From: an uncultured bacterium
GTDB lineage: Bacteria > JAGOEH01
Length of the DNA stretch: 40,827 bases
Assembly (NCBI GenBank): GCA_964632485.1
Contig: CAZWDO010000028.1
Location: forward strand, 1-40,827
Reading direction: 5' to 3'
Shown: piece after piece, positions 18,319 through 27,231 of the stretch
Layout: every line of letters begins with the position of its first letter
Numbering within the stretch: the first letter of the stretch is position 1
Notes under the pieces: generated by a model
The model's database searches: none
The model's input: the letters and a program-made list of their open reading frames with translations, nothing else
Told to the model about the DNA's origin: nothing
Made by a program: the position numbers and the translations under genes

Positions 18319-19667
18319 TGAACCATCTCCTTGAAAATCGTTTCCAATGCCATGCCGCGAGATCCTTTAACGAGCGCCCAATCACCGACGGCCACCAGCA
18401 GCATTAATTCCCGAGTCAGCAATTCCTTGTTGGAGAAATGCTCAACCCGGCCCAAACAGGAATTGAGTTTGACGGCTAAATGCTTCATCATCGGGCCATA
18501 GAGAAAAATGGCTTTGATGCGATCCTTCATCGCTAGAATTGGTTTCGCCAGCTCCTCATGAAGTTCACGCGAACGGCTTCCCAGCTCGAGCATATCCCCT
18601 AAAACCAGAATAATATGCCTGCCCAGGGGGGGCGCTTGTCGGGAAATGGCATCCAAAGCAAAAAGCATTGAGTTGGGATTCGCATTATAACAATCATCAA
18701 TGATGGTTAATCCTCCATGTTCGCGAATATTCATCCGTCTTCCGGGGAACTTGAAATTTTCCAGGGCGCGGCCAATCTGCTCCGGGGCGAACCCCAATTC
18801 ACAAGCAGTGATAATTGCCGCCGTGAGATTCGCCGGCCAGGGGAAATAATCACGTGGCATTATATAACGAAATCCGTTAATTTCCACTCCATTACCCAAA
18901 TCGGTAAAAGAGATCAGTGAGTCGCTCCCGCTTTGGGCGCCGTAATAAATTGTTTTACCGGCTTTATTCCGGGCTGAAGCGCAAAACAGCCATCGATTGT
19001 CGCCATTGAGAACAGCAATGGATGGCGCTTGCAGATGGTCCAATAAACTAATTTTTTCAACAGCCACCTGGTCGATATCATGAAAAAACTCCAGATGACC
19101 GGCTCCAACCTCTGTAATAATCGCAAATTGTGGCTGGACTAATTCGGCTAATTCAGCGATTTCCCCCGGATGATTCGTACCGAGCTCTAAAATGGCCACT
19201 TCCGTTTCTTCCGGTATCGATAACAGGGAATGGACCACACCCAGCTTATTGTTATAGTTTTTATAAGTCGCAAAGGTACGCCTATAGGGTTGCGCGATAG
19301 CGGCAAGGATTTCCTTGGTAGTTGTTTTTCCCACCGTTCCGGTGATAGCAACCCAGGCTTTAAGCGAAAGCTTTTGGCGATAGATACGGGCCATATCCGT
19401 AATAAATTCAAATGGATCAGCCACGCGGATGAGGCGGGTTTCATCGATTTCGTCTTCGCGGACATACAAAACGTCCACAATAGCGGCACAGGCGCCCTGA
19501 TTAAATGCCGACCTCAGAAATTGATGGCCATCATTGGCTTCTCCACGAAGGGCGACAAAAATCTGCCCCGGTTGCAGCAAACGGCTATCGAAATGCAAGC
19601 CATTGAACGGCAGTGAAGCAAGAGAATCCGACAAAAGATGGGATGGAATCAATTCATGGAGTTGCAT
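18315..19667 (-). CDS. murF: UDP-MurNAc-tripeptide--D-Ala-D-Ala ligase
   Basis: Motifs DSR, ITGTVGKTTTKE, NYNNKLG, ELGTNHPGEI, DDCYNANP, LGDMLELG and VKGSRG. Confidence 0.95.
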   Translation of the reverse strand: MQLHELIPSHLLSDSLASLPFNGLHFDSRLLQPGQIFVALRGEANDGHQFLRSAFNQGACAAIVDVLYVREDEIDETRLIRVADPFEFITDMARIYRQKLSLKAWVAITGTVGKTTTKEILAAIAQPYRRTFATYKNYNNKLGVVHSLLSIPEETEVAILELGTNHPGEIAELAELVQPQFAIITEVGAGHLEFFHDIDQVAVEKISLLDHLQAPSIAVLNGDNRWLFCASARNKAGKTIYYGAQSGSDSLISFTDLGNGVEINGFRYIMPRDYFPWPANLTAAIITACELGFAPEQIGRALENFKFPGRRMNIREHGGLTIIDDCYNANPNSMLFALDAISRQAPPLGRHIILVLGDMLELGSRSRELHEELAKPILAMKDRIKAIFLYGPMMKHLAVKLNSCLGRVEHFSNKELLTRELMLLVAVGDWALVKGSRGMALETIFKEMVQ

Positions 19668-19675
19668 CGGCGCTC

Positions 19676-21736
19676 CTAAGGCTCACAGGTGTAAATTTTA
19701 CGGTTTTGGTTCTGGCTTTTCAATTTAGGTCGGGATGGACGGGCATAAAATACCACTCGGCGTCCTTTGAGAATCCGGCTATCGGGAAGAGGCGATTGAT
19801 CCGTAACCAAACCCGCGCCGACATTACCGCGAACAGGAATCAATCCCATCTGCTCGCAAATCTGGAATGCTTCATTCAAGGGAGTTTTCCTGAAATCGGG
19901 CATACGAATAGTATCCCCATTCATAAATTCCGCGATATCATAGTGGGTCGTATCAATTCCCTTGTTTTTTTCGAGTGGAATAACGAGTTGTTTTTCAACG
20001 ATATAACGTTCAAGTTCATTGTCGGTAAGCGCATAAATCCGCTGAAAAACATTGCGGAAAACGGGACCGGCCGTCAAACCGCCCGAATTACTGGCTTGTT
20101 GGGGATTTTTAATGATAATCAAACAGCTATAGATCGGATCGTCAGCCGGCAAAAAACCGACAAAACTCGGAATAGTCGCCTGCCGTTCATATTCGCCTGT
20201 TACCGGATTCACGTATTGAGCCGTACCCGTTTTCCCGGCGACCGGGATATAATCGAGCATAGCCTGACGTCCGGTTCCTTCATTGACCACGGCCACTAAA
20301 TGCTGCCGGACTTTTAACACCGTTGCCGGATCGACAATTTGTCGGATTTTTGTCAGATAATATTGCTGTAACACGTTCCGGTCATCATTTTCAATCCGCT
20401 CAATGATAATCGGTTCATACAAAACGCCATCCCGGGCCAGGGCGTTATACGCATTGATCAATTGGATCGGAGTGACCGCCAATTCCTGGCCAATAGACAT
20501 CGTGGCTTTGGAACGAAGCGACCATTTATCCGGGGAGCGGACCAGTCCGTCGGCTTCACCCGGTAATGCGATACCCGATTGCATGCCAAAGCCGAAGCGC
20601 TTGATATATTCATAAAATTTTTTACTCTCTAAGCGTTCGCTGACCTTGATAATTCCTACATTCGAACTGTATTGAATGATCTCTTTGAGGGAAAGCCAGC
20701 CATATCCTTTACCGTCGCGAATAATGTCGGTACCGATTTGAATCTCGCCCTGATTGGCAAAGATGAGATCATTATCCCCGATAACTTTTTCCTGAAGAGC
20801 GGCGGAGGCGGCTACGATTTTGAAGGTGCTCCCCGGTTCATAGATATCGGTAATCGCCCGGTTGCGGCTATTATCGTTTTTTACGACACGAGGAAACTTA
20901 TTGGGATCAAAAATGGGCACATTGGCCATGGCAATCACTTCATTTTTTCTGACATCCATGATGATACCAATCGCCAGTTCCGCTTTGAACTTATTGATAG
21001 CCTGGATCAGCTCATCCTCCAGAATTTGCTGCATATCGATATCAATCGTCGTGTAAAGATTGCAGCCATTGCGGGGTTCTTTTCTGATACGACCCGGCAA
21101 TTCATAAAAGCGCTGGTTTTCACCCAGTTTGCCGTCTCGCAAAACCAGACGATATCCTTTTTCGCCAGCCAACAGCGAATCGAATTTATATTCAATACCT
21201 TCAATCCCCCGATTGTCGATATCAGTATAGCCAACGACCTGAGACGCCAGGCCTTCATACGGATAGTAACGCACATCTTCTTCTTCGCGATAGATGCCGG
21301 CCAGTTCAAAAGCGTCGATTTTCGCCGCGACGTCTTCACTGACCTTCCTCGCTAAATAGATATAGTTTTTCCGTTTATCCATTTCTTTTAGAATTTCTTT
21401 GGGTTCTTTCCCGATCAATTTACCAAACACCTGGGCCACCCGGCTGCGGTTGGTCATCTGATGGGGAATACCAAAATAGGTATAACGGCGCAGATTAAGC
21501 GCCAATGGGCGGCCATGCCGATCGAAAATCCCCCCGCGGCGCGGTATCATTTCATTTTCTACCAGAGCTTGCTGATTCGCTTTTTGCAAAAAATAGCGAT
21601 GGCGAACAATCTGGATAATAAAAAAATGAATCGCCAGCGCGACCCACATCCCTAAAAACAGAAAAAGCACCAGTTTCAGGTTACGGATATGGTCGCGGGA
21701 AGTTTTGAATACAGTTTGCTTAAACGGCTGGCCCAT
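19676..21736 (-). CDS. ftsI: Class B penicillin-binding protein FtsI with a C-terminal PASTA domain
   Basis: Motifs RGGIFDR, EPGSTFK (SxxK), SSN and KTG. C-terminal MPDFRK...VTDQSP is PASTA-like. Confidence 0.95.
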   Translation of the reverse strand: MGQPFKQTVFKTSRDHIRNLKLVLFLFLGMWVALAIHFFIIQIVRHRYFLQKANQQALVENEMIPRRGGIFDRHGRPLALNLRRYTYFGIPHQMTNRSRVAQVFGKLIGKEPKEILKEMDKRKNYIYLARKVSEDVAAKIDAFELAGIYREEEDVRYYPYEGLASQVVGYTDIDNRGIEGIEYKFDSLLAGEKGYRLVLRDGKLGENQRFYELPGRIRKEPRNGCNLYTTIDIDMQQILEDELIQAINKFKAELAIGIIMDVRKNEVIAMANVPIFDPNKFPRVVKNDNSRNRAITDIYEPGSTFKIVAASAALQEKVIGDNDLIFANQGEIQIGTDIIRDGKGYGWLSLKEIIQYSSNVGIIKVSERLESKKFYEYIKRFGFGMQSGIALPGEADGLVRSPDKWSLRSKATMSIGQELAVTPIQLINAYNALARDGVLYEPIIIERIENDDRNVLQQYYLTKIRQIVDPATVLKVRQHLVAVVNEGTGRQAMLDYIPVAGKTGTAQYVNPVTGEYERQATIPSFVGFLPADDPIYSCLIIIKNPQQASNSGGLTAGPVFRNVFQRIYALTDNELERYIVEKQLVIPLEKNKGIDTTHYDIAEFMNGDTIRMPDFRKTPLNEAFQICEQMGLIPVRGNVGAGLVTDQSPLPDSRILKGRRVVFYARPSRPKLKSQNQNRKIYTCEP

Positions 21737-21749
21737 GGTTTAGAATTTC

Positions 21750-22025
21750 CTATAGTTTCGCAAAATATTCACTGCTGATTTTGGATTCCGGCGTATAAAT
21801 GGTAATTTGATTCATAGTCGGGAATACCATGTGAAACCGATCTCGGGCAAAATCGGCAATACGACGGTGCGATAACAGTTTTTGAACATCCACATACAAC
21901 CGGCCGTTTTCTTTGTACAAAGAAGTAACCGTACGGCGAATCTGCCCCAATTCCCAGGATTTCTGACAAATTGAGACGTGGTTGTACACCTGCAGGAGCA
22001 GAAGAGAAAGTAGAAAAAACACCAT
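21750..22025 (-). CDS. ftsL: Cell division protein FtsL (TM plus coiled coil); 5' end apparently disrupted
   Basis: Lies between rsmH and ftsI. TM followed by ENGRLYVDVQKLLSHRRIADFARDRFHMVFP. A separate 34-codon ORF (22149-22045) lies upstream. Confidence 0.7.
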   Translation of the reverse strand: MVFFLLSLLLLQVYNHVSICQKSWELGQIRRTVTSLYKENGRLYVDVQKLLSHRRIADFARDRFHMVFPTMNQITIYTPESKISSEYFAKL

Positions 22026-22148
22026 AAAGACAATTCATTTGAAATCAAGGTAGAATACGGCGGTAGGGAAACTGTACGGGTTCAATCAATCGTTTGGCGT
22101 AATCAAGATTTTTGTTTCGCTTCGGGCGGTAATGATAGGAATAGACCA

Positions 22149-23081
22149 TCAACTCCTCCTTATTTTTTGGGCAGCGCGCAGTCGAGCGCTGCGGGCGCGG
22201 GGATTGGATTCAATTTCTTTATCGGAAGGAACAATCGAACGTTTTGTCAATACTTTTAGCTCAGCCCGGTGCCCACATTGACAAACGGGAATTCGCGGCG
22301 GACAGAGACAGTCCTGACTCTCCTGGAAAAAAAACTGTTTGACCAAACGGTCTTCCAGTGAGTGATAACTGATGATAGCGACAACTCCGTCGGGCGCCAG
22401 TAAAGGGACCACCGATTTTAACAACCGTTGAAGGTTTAATAATTCCTGATTCACTTCAATACGCAGCGCCTGAAATAGCTTTGCCAGTGATTGTTGCTGT
22501 TTCCGACCAAAGAGGAAAGGCTTGGCAATCGCAATCAGATCGCCGGCGCTTTCAATCGGCGCCTCGAGCCGTGATTGTACAATCGCATCGGCTAAGCGTC
22601 CCGATGGAGTTAATTCGCCATTCTCACGAAAGACGCGAGCCAACTCAGCCCGGGTATAGGTTCTCAAAATATCGCGGGCCTGACGGCCACTCATGCCAAA
22701 ATCCATATTCAAAGGCGCCTGGCTGTCGGCAAACGAAAAACCCTTTTCGCGTTCATCCAACTGATGCGAAGAAACACCTAAGTCCAATATTATTCCATTG
22801 ATTTGCGCAATTTGAAGACGCGCTAAATTTTCACCCAGATCCGCATAATTGGCCTTGATCAGAGTTGCCTGGGGGATAGAACGGAAACGCTCCTCACAAA
22901 AATCGAGGGCATCCTGATCCTGATCAAAAGCAATCAGACGCCCGCTCGCGGACAAATTGCGGGCGATCGCTAAACTGTGTCCCCCACCGCCTAACGTTCC
23001 ATCAACATAAATACCTTCAGGAATAATTGATAAATAATGGATGATCGTATCGGACATGACCGGATTATGATAGTCCTGCAT
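22149..23081 (-). CDS. rsmH: 16S rRNA m4C1402 methyltransferase
   Basis: Motifs HNPVM, DGTLGGGGHS, DLGVSSHQLD, FQALRIEVN, SYHSLEDR and NPRARSARLR. Confidence 0.96.
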   Translation of the reverse strand: MQDYHNPVMSDTIIHYLSIIPEGIYVDGTLGGGGHSLAIARNLSASGRLIAFDQDQDALDFCEERFRSIPQATLIKANYADLGENLARLQIAQINGIILDLGVSSHQLDEREKGFSFADSQAPLNMDFGMSGRQARDILRTYTRAELARVFRENGELTPSGRLADAIVQSRLEAPIESAGDLIAIAKPFLFGRKQQQSLAKLFQALRIEVNQELLNLQRLLKSVVPLLAPDGVVAIISYHSLEDRLVKQFFFQESQDCLCPPRIPVCQCGHRAELKVLTKRSIVPSDKEIESNPRARSARLRAAQKIRRS

Positions 23082-23382
23082 ATTCGCTTTCCCTTGAGTG
23101 AACCAGTTGCCAGCCTCCCGCCGCAAAACGCATGATCTGGGCAACATAGGCATTAATATTTCTAAAGATCACAATTTGACGGCCGCGCATCGCATCAGTT
23201 GATAAATCCAGGAGAACCTGCGCCGCTTGATAATGAATATGCAGGGTCCTTCCAAAATCCAAAACTATCCTGCTTCCTACCGGCTGCTTTTTATACCAAT
23301 GAATAAGATGTTCCGCATCCTTGAGAGATACTACGGAAGGTAAAACAATAGAATTCGAATCGGCTCGACGGATAATTTTCAC
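23065..23382 (-). CDS. STAS-domain-like protein inside the dcw cluster
   Basis: GTG start after a GGAG SD, 8 nt after mraZ and overlapping the rsmH start. IVLDFGRTLHIHYQAAQVL...IVIFRNINAYVAQIMRF follows the STAS pattern. Confidence 0.7.
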   Translation of the reverse strand: MKIIRRADSNSIVLPSVVSLKDAEHLIHWYKKQPVGSRIVLDFGRTLHIHYQAAQVLLDLSTDAMRGRQIVIFRNINAYVAQIMRFAAGGWQLVHSRESEYAGLS

Positions 23383-23390
23383 AACAACTC

Positions 23391-23843
23391 CTAAAATTCA
23401 AAAGCAAATTCCTCGGATAAAAGAGGAATATCATTTTCAGTCGATTTCATATAATCCTGATACACGGTGGGATTCCAGATCAGAATACGATTAATATCAC
23501 CGACAACTACAACCTTGGTTTCACTCGCTTCCCGATCCAGCGACAGAAAATCAATAAACCCGGCATTGAGATTGATTCTTCCCTGCTTGTCAAGTTCAAC
23601 CGTATCCGCGCTGCCCACAATAAATGTACGCAAACGCCGCGCCTGCGGATTAGACTGAGGCAGTTTCATCAACTTCTCCAATTGCTCACCCCAGGCTTGG
23701 GTAGGATATACATACAGGCATGGGTCAAGGCCGCGCGTAACCGTAACTTCATTATCTTCAATCAAACGACGAAGTTTGGCAGGTACCGCCACCCGGCCTT
23801 TCTCATCAAGAGAATTTGTGTAGTTGCCGTTAAAAAACTGCAT
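23391..23843 (-). CDS. mraZ: Division/cell-wall cluster transcriptional repressor MraZ
   Basis: Duplicated DxxGR motifs (LDEKGRVAVP, LDKQGRI). Confidence 0.96.
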   Translation of the reverse strand: MQFFNGNYTNSLDEKGRVAVPAKLRRLIEDNEVTVTRGLDPCLYVYPTQAWGEQLEKLMKLPQSNPQARRLRTFIVGSADTVELDKQGRINLNAGFIDFLSLDREASETKVVVVGDINRILIWNPTVYQDYMKSTENDIPLLSEEFAFEF

Positions 23844-23880
23844 ACCGTTTCCTTTAAAAGTTAAAACGAATTAAAGCACT

Positions 23881-23949
23881 TCCACTTTTCACCACTTTCC
23901 ACCACTTTTCACCACTTATACAATTTAAAAGATTTTAGTTTTTTGTCAA
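23881..23949 (-). promoter_or_regulatory. dcw promoter with MraZ-binding boxes
   Basis: GTGG repeats at a 10-bp period (GTGGTG(A/G)AAA units, about 23882-23915), downstream of TTGACA (23949-23944) and a candidate -10 TAAATT. Confidence 0.8.
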
Positions 23950-24304
23950 GGGGTTTTTATAAAAAAAAAAACAGGTGTTGGGGAAATCGAAATATCATAA
24001 ATATTTGTATAACAATGTATTATAAAATTTGAACTTTAATGTTAAACTCCTAACCGATTACATTACAGAGATATATGAAATAGCATCAATTTTTCTATTT
24101 TTTTTTATGCCCAATGACTTAAAAGTGGTATATTATTGCAAATCAATAGGTTAAATAAAAAATAATTAATTATTTAAATTTTTCTAAGATTATTTAAAAA
24201 AATATTCATTTTGGCATTAATCAGGATTTTTTTATATCAATAAAAAAATATAAATAAATATTAATAATAATTACGTTTTTTTATCTTTTTTTTTAAAAAA
24301 CCTC

Positions 24305-24333
24305 TTGACAAATTTGTTGAATTGTATTATATT
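24305..24333 (+). promoter_or_regulatory. Sigma70 promoter of tRNA-Asn
   Basis: TTGACA-17 nt-TATATT, with an AT-rich UP region. Confidence 0.75.
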
Positions 24334-24347
24334 TATGTTAATAACGT

Positions 24348-24420
<73 letters not shown>

Positions 24421-24423
24421 TCC

Positions 24424-24451
24424 ACCTCCCTAATTCGGGAGGTTTTTTTTT
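24424..24451 (+). terminator. Rho-independent terminator after tRNA-Asn
   Basis: ACCTCCC-TAATTC-GGGAGGT followed by a T run. Confidence 0.85.
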
Positions 24452-24715
24452 ATCCAGCTAAACCATTGTTGTTACAAAGATATCGGATTAAAAATGATGA
24501 ATGATTCTGGGCATGGAATTTATTCCATTTGCTTGTCCGGGGCATTTGCAGCTAATCTGTACACTGCGAATGGTTCTGTACCTACCCGAAAATTAGGCGG
24601 GATATGCGTTCATGAAGCCGTGCTAAAAATTCCAAAGCGTCTCAAATTCATTTATTTTTTCAGCTTTAAATTATGCTCATCGTTAATATAAATTAATAAT
24701 TTATTTAAATTAGCC

Positions 24716-24755
24716 TTGACTTTTTAATATATTTTATACATATTTATATGTAAAA
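24716..24755 (+). promoter_or_regulatory. Promoter and palindromic operator of the HTH-S24 gene
   Basis: TTGACT-17 nt-CATATT. The inverted repeat TACATAT-TT-ATATGTA (24737-24752) covers the -10. AAGGAGG SD follows. Confidence 0.6.
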
Positions 24756-24767
24756 CAAGGAGGGTCA

Positions 24768-25502
24768 ATGAGATTTTGTGACTGGCTTAAGCAAAATCGT
24801 TTAAATCGTAAACTTTTGCAGGCGGATTTAGCAAAAATATTAAACAAAAAGCAAGCTTACATTTCTCTTTTAGAGTCATCGTATCCAACTCCAATAGGAG
24901 ATGAGCTGTTAAAAAAAGTCGTAGAATTTTTTAATGCTGATTACAAGGAAATTTTATTGATGGTCACGCTTGAACGGCTTCCCGACTTTGTCAAGGATGA
25001 TTACTCGAATTTTATGAATGGGCTCGATTACGCCGTTTCGCATCTGAATATCAAATCGATCCCTTTTATTCCCAAACTGCCATTAGGTTTCACCAAACCC
25101 CATCCCTCAATGGATTATGAAGTGATCCAGCTTTTTGAAAACTCTCTTAATTTCTATCATCCCGATCTTGATTTTTTTACCACTTCCTTTGATGATGCTT
25201 TGCTGAAAGCGGGAATCAAAAAAAGCGATATCTGTCTGATATCATTATATAAAGGGCAGGAGTTGACGGGGGAAATTGTGATTGTCGAGATTTCAGATAT
25301 ACAGGGGCAATTAATCACCATGCGCTATTATCACGAAGAAGGGGATTATATTTTGCTTTTGCCCGACAATCCGGATTATCGGCCTCAAATACTCCCGAAG
25401 CATAAAGTTAGAATTATCGGGATTGTACTTAAAAGTATCCGTATTTTTAACCATTTAAAAAATCAAACGCGCATCAACTACAGAAAAAGTGACTTTGCCT
25501 GA
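24768..25502 (+). CDS. XRE-family HTH regulator with a degenerate LexA/CI-like S24 domain
   Basis: LKQNRLNRKLLQADLAKILNKKQAYISLLES HTH. C-terminal AGIKKSDICLI...GEIVIV...LLPDNPDYRP...VRIIGIV matches the S24 fold pattern. Confidence 0.85.
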   Translation: MRFCDWLKQNRLNRKLLQADLAKILNKKQAYISLLESSYPTPIGDELLKKVVEFFNADYKEILLMVTLERLPDFVKDDYSNFMNGLDYAVSHLNIKSIPFIPKLPLGFTKPHPSMDYEVIQLFENSLNFYHPDLDFFTTSFDDALLKAGIKKSDICLISLYKGQELTGEIVIVEISDIQGQLITMRYYHEEGDYILLLPDNPDYRPQILPKHKVRIIGIVLKSIRIFNHLKNQTRINYRKSDFA

Positions 25503-25537
25503 TAAACCCCATTGTTCCTTATCTTAGGAACTCCAAC

Positions 25538-26644
25538 ATGAAAGACCTTTTTTTGTTCGAGCGGATATATATTGAATCGGCGATACGTGAGCATCCGCAG
25601 ACACTGGGTATATTGGAACGAGTGGGCGACAAACCGGTAACGATCATCCCCTCTTTGCTTGATATAGACTTAACGGCCACTACGGCGGCATATTTAATCC
25701 TAGCCGAAAAAAATTCCCCGTTTCTACATAAATGTCCGGGCACCCCCCATTATTTATGTTGCGATTATTTCGTATTGGAAAGCGGTTATAATTGTCCGTT
25801 TGATTGCGCCTATTGTTTTCTGAAGTTCTATCTGAATCATAGGCATTATATTCATTATATTAATACGGACAGTTTATTTCAGGAGTTGGACGAACAATCC
25901 CGGCGGCTCACTCCCGGCCGCTATTTGCGAGTGGGTACCGGCGAATTTATTGACAGTCTCGCATTGGATGCGCTCATTCGCTTTTCCGGGCAGGTAGTGA
26001 CGCAAATATCCCGTTGGCCCAACATCATTTTTGAATTCAAGACGAAATCGGTCGAAATAGAAAATTTACTGTCAGTCCAAGCCCCGGCAACTCAGAACGT
26101 TGTCGTAGGATTTTCCCTGAATCCTTCGAGGGTGATCGAGCGCTACGAAAAAGACACCCCGTCCTTAGATGAGCGGCTAACCGCCGCCCGGGCCCTGCAG
26201 AATGTCGGCTATCTGATTGCGTTGCATTTTGATCCGATTATTTATTATTCTGACTGGGAAAATGATTATGTCGCGCTGGTTCGCCGAATTTTTGAGTTTC
26301 TTAAGCCTGATCGTATCGTTTGGATTTCACTGGGAATTCTTCGATTTCATCCCCAACTTCGGCGCTATTGGATGGACCGGAAGATGCCCCAATCCCTGAC
26401 CGCGGGCGAATATATTCAGGGAAAAGACGGCAAGGAGCGGTTGGCCCGGCCGCTGCGTGAAAAGATTTACCGCCGCATGATCCGGGAATTACGCGCGGTG
26501 GAACCCACTCTTTTTATCTATTTATGTATGGAAAGCCGCGCGGTATGGCGCCGGTTGTTTGTAAACGCTCCTCAATCCATGGATGAAATCACCCGGGGAT
26601 TCATTCACCGTTATCAAACTGTCACTCAATCCAAAAGTTTATAA
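25538..26644 (+). CDS. Spore photoproduct lyase-like radical SAM protein
   Basis: Motifs NCPFDCAYCFL, EFKTKS, FSLNP, TPSLDERL, HFDPII and YLCME. Confidence 0.85.
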   Translation: MKDLFLFERIYIESAIREHPQTLGILERVGDKPVTIIPSLLDIDLTATTAAYLILAEKNSPFLHKCPGTPHYLCCDYFVLESGYNCPFDCAYCFLKFYLNHRHYIHYINTDSLFQELDEQSRRLTPGRYLRVGTGEFIDSLALDALIRFSGQVVTQISRWPNIIFEFKTKSVEIENLLSVQAPATQNVVVGFSLNPSRVIERYEKDTPSLDERLTAARALQNVGYLIALHFDPIIYYSDWENDYVALVRRIFEFLKPDRIVWISLGILRFHPQLRRYWMDRKMPQSLTAGEYIQGKDGKERLARPLREKIYRRMIRELRAVEPTLFIYLCMESRAVWRRLFVNAPQSMDEITRGFIHRYQTVTQSKSL

Positions 26645-26661
26645 ACAAAGGACACAGTCCC

Positions 26662-27165
26662 ATGATTTCCCCCTTTAAAAATATGATCCGCGGGTTCTTC
26701 CTGCTTCCGTTATTGTTCAGTTACTGCTGGTACTACAGCACATCAGATAGTTTACCCCCAAATTTGAAAACATTATATATTCCCCAGGTGGTCAACCGAA
26801 CCTCCCAATTCGGTCTCAATGAACAACTCACCAATGATCTGGTAAAAGCATTCGTTGATAATGGCCGGTTGAAAGTTGTCAACGAAGCGGATCAGGCGGA
26901 TCTGATTCTGGAAACTATATTATCCGGCTATGATAATAAACCCTACAGCTTCGACCCACAGCAGAGCGTTCAACAATATCAAGTGATGATCACCCTTCAG
27001 GTCAATTGCAAAAACGTTAAAGAAAACAATCTCCTCTGGAATTCGGGAAATTTAGCGCAAAACAGTAATTACGATCACACCAGCGAAAGCGAGGAGAGCG
27101 CTCAACAGGAATGTTTAAAAAAACTGGCCGAAGATGTGGTTACCCGAACCCTTACCGTCTGGTAG
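26662..27165 (+). CDS. LptE-like lipoprotein
   Basis: Hydrophobic signal ending LFSYC, then SLPPNLKTLYIP, ADLILE and LAEDVV. Confidence 0.7.
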   Translation: MISPFKNMIRGFFLLPLLFSYCWYYSTSDSLPPNLKTLYIPQVVNRTSQFGLNEQLTNDLVKAFVDNGRLKVVNEADQADLILETILSGYDNKPYSFDPQQSVQQYQVMITLQVNCKNVKENNLLWNSGNLAQNSNYDHTSESEESAQQECLKKLAEDVVTRTLTVW

Positions 27166-27231
27166 CGGAATCATGAAGGGGTTCGGATTTGAAAAGGTAA
27201 AAATTCAAGCGGATCGGATACTCAAACATCA

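Noticed and set aside
19613..21355. Long plus-strand ORFs (228 and 227 aa) opposite ftsI, and similar antisense ORFs elsewhere
   Set aside because: Typical antisense open frames of conserved genes, with no protein-like motifs.
22035..22047. TGA read as Trp (alternative genetic code) to rescue ftsL
   Set aside because: Many genes here end in TGA at expected positions (ATGA overlaps), Trp is encoded by TGG, and readthrough alone would not join the two frames.
23950..24300. Replication origin in the AT-rich region
   Set aside because: No clustered DnaA boxes (TTATNCACA) were found and there is no dnaA, dnaN or gidA context.
24494..24691. 65-aa plus-strand ORF
   Set aside because: No SD or motif. 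It lies between a terminator and the next promoter.
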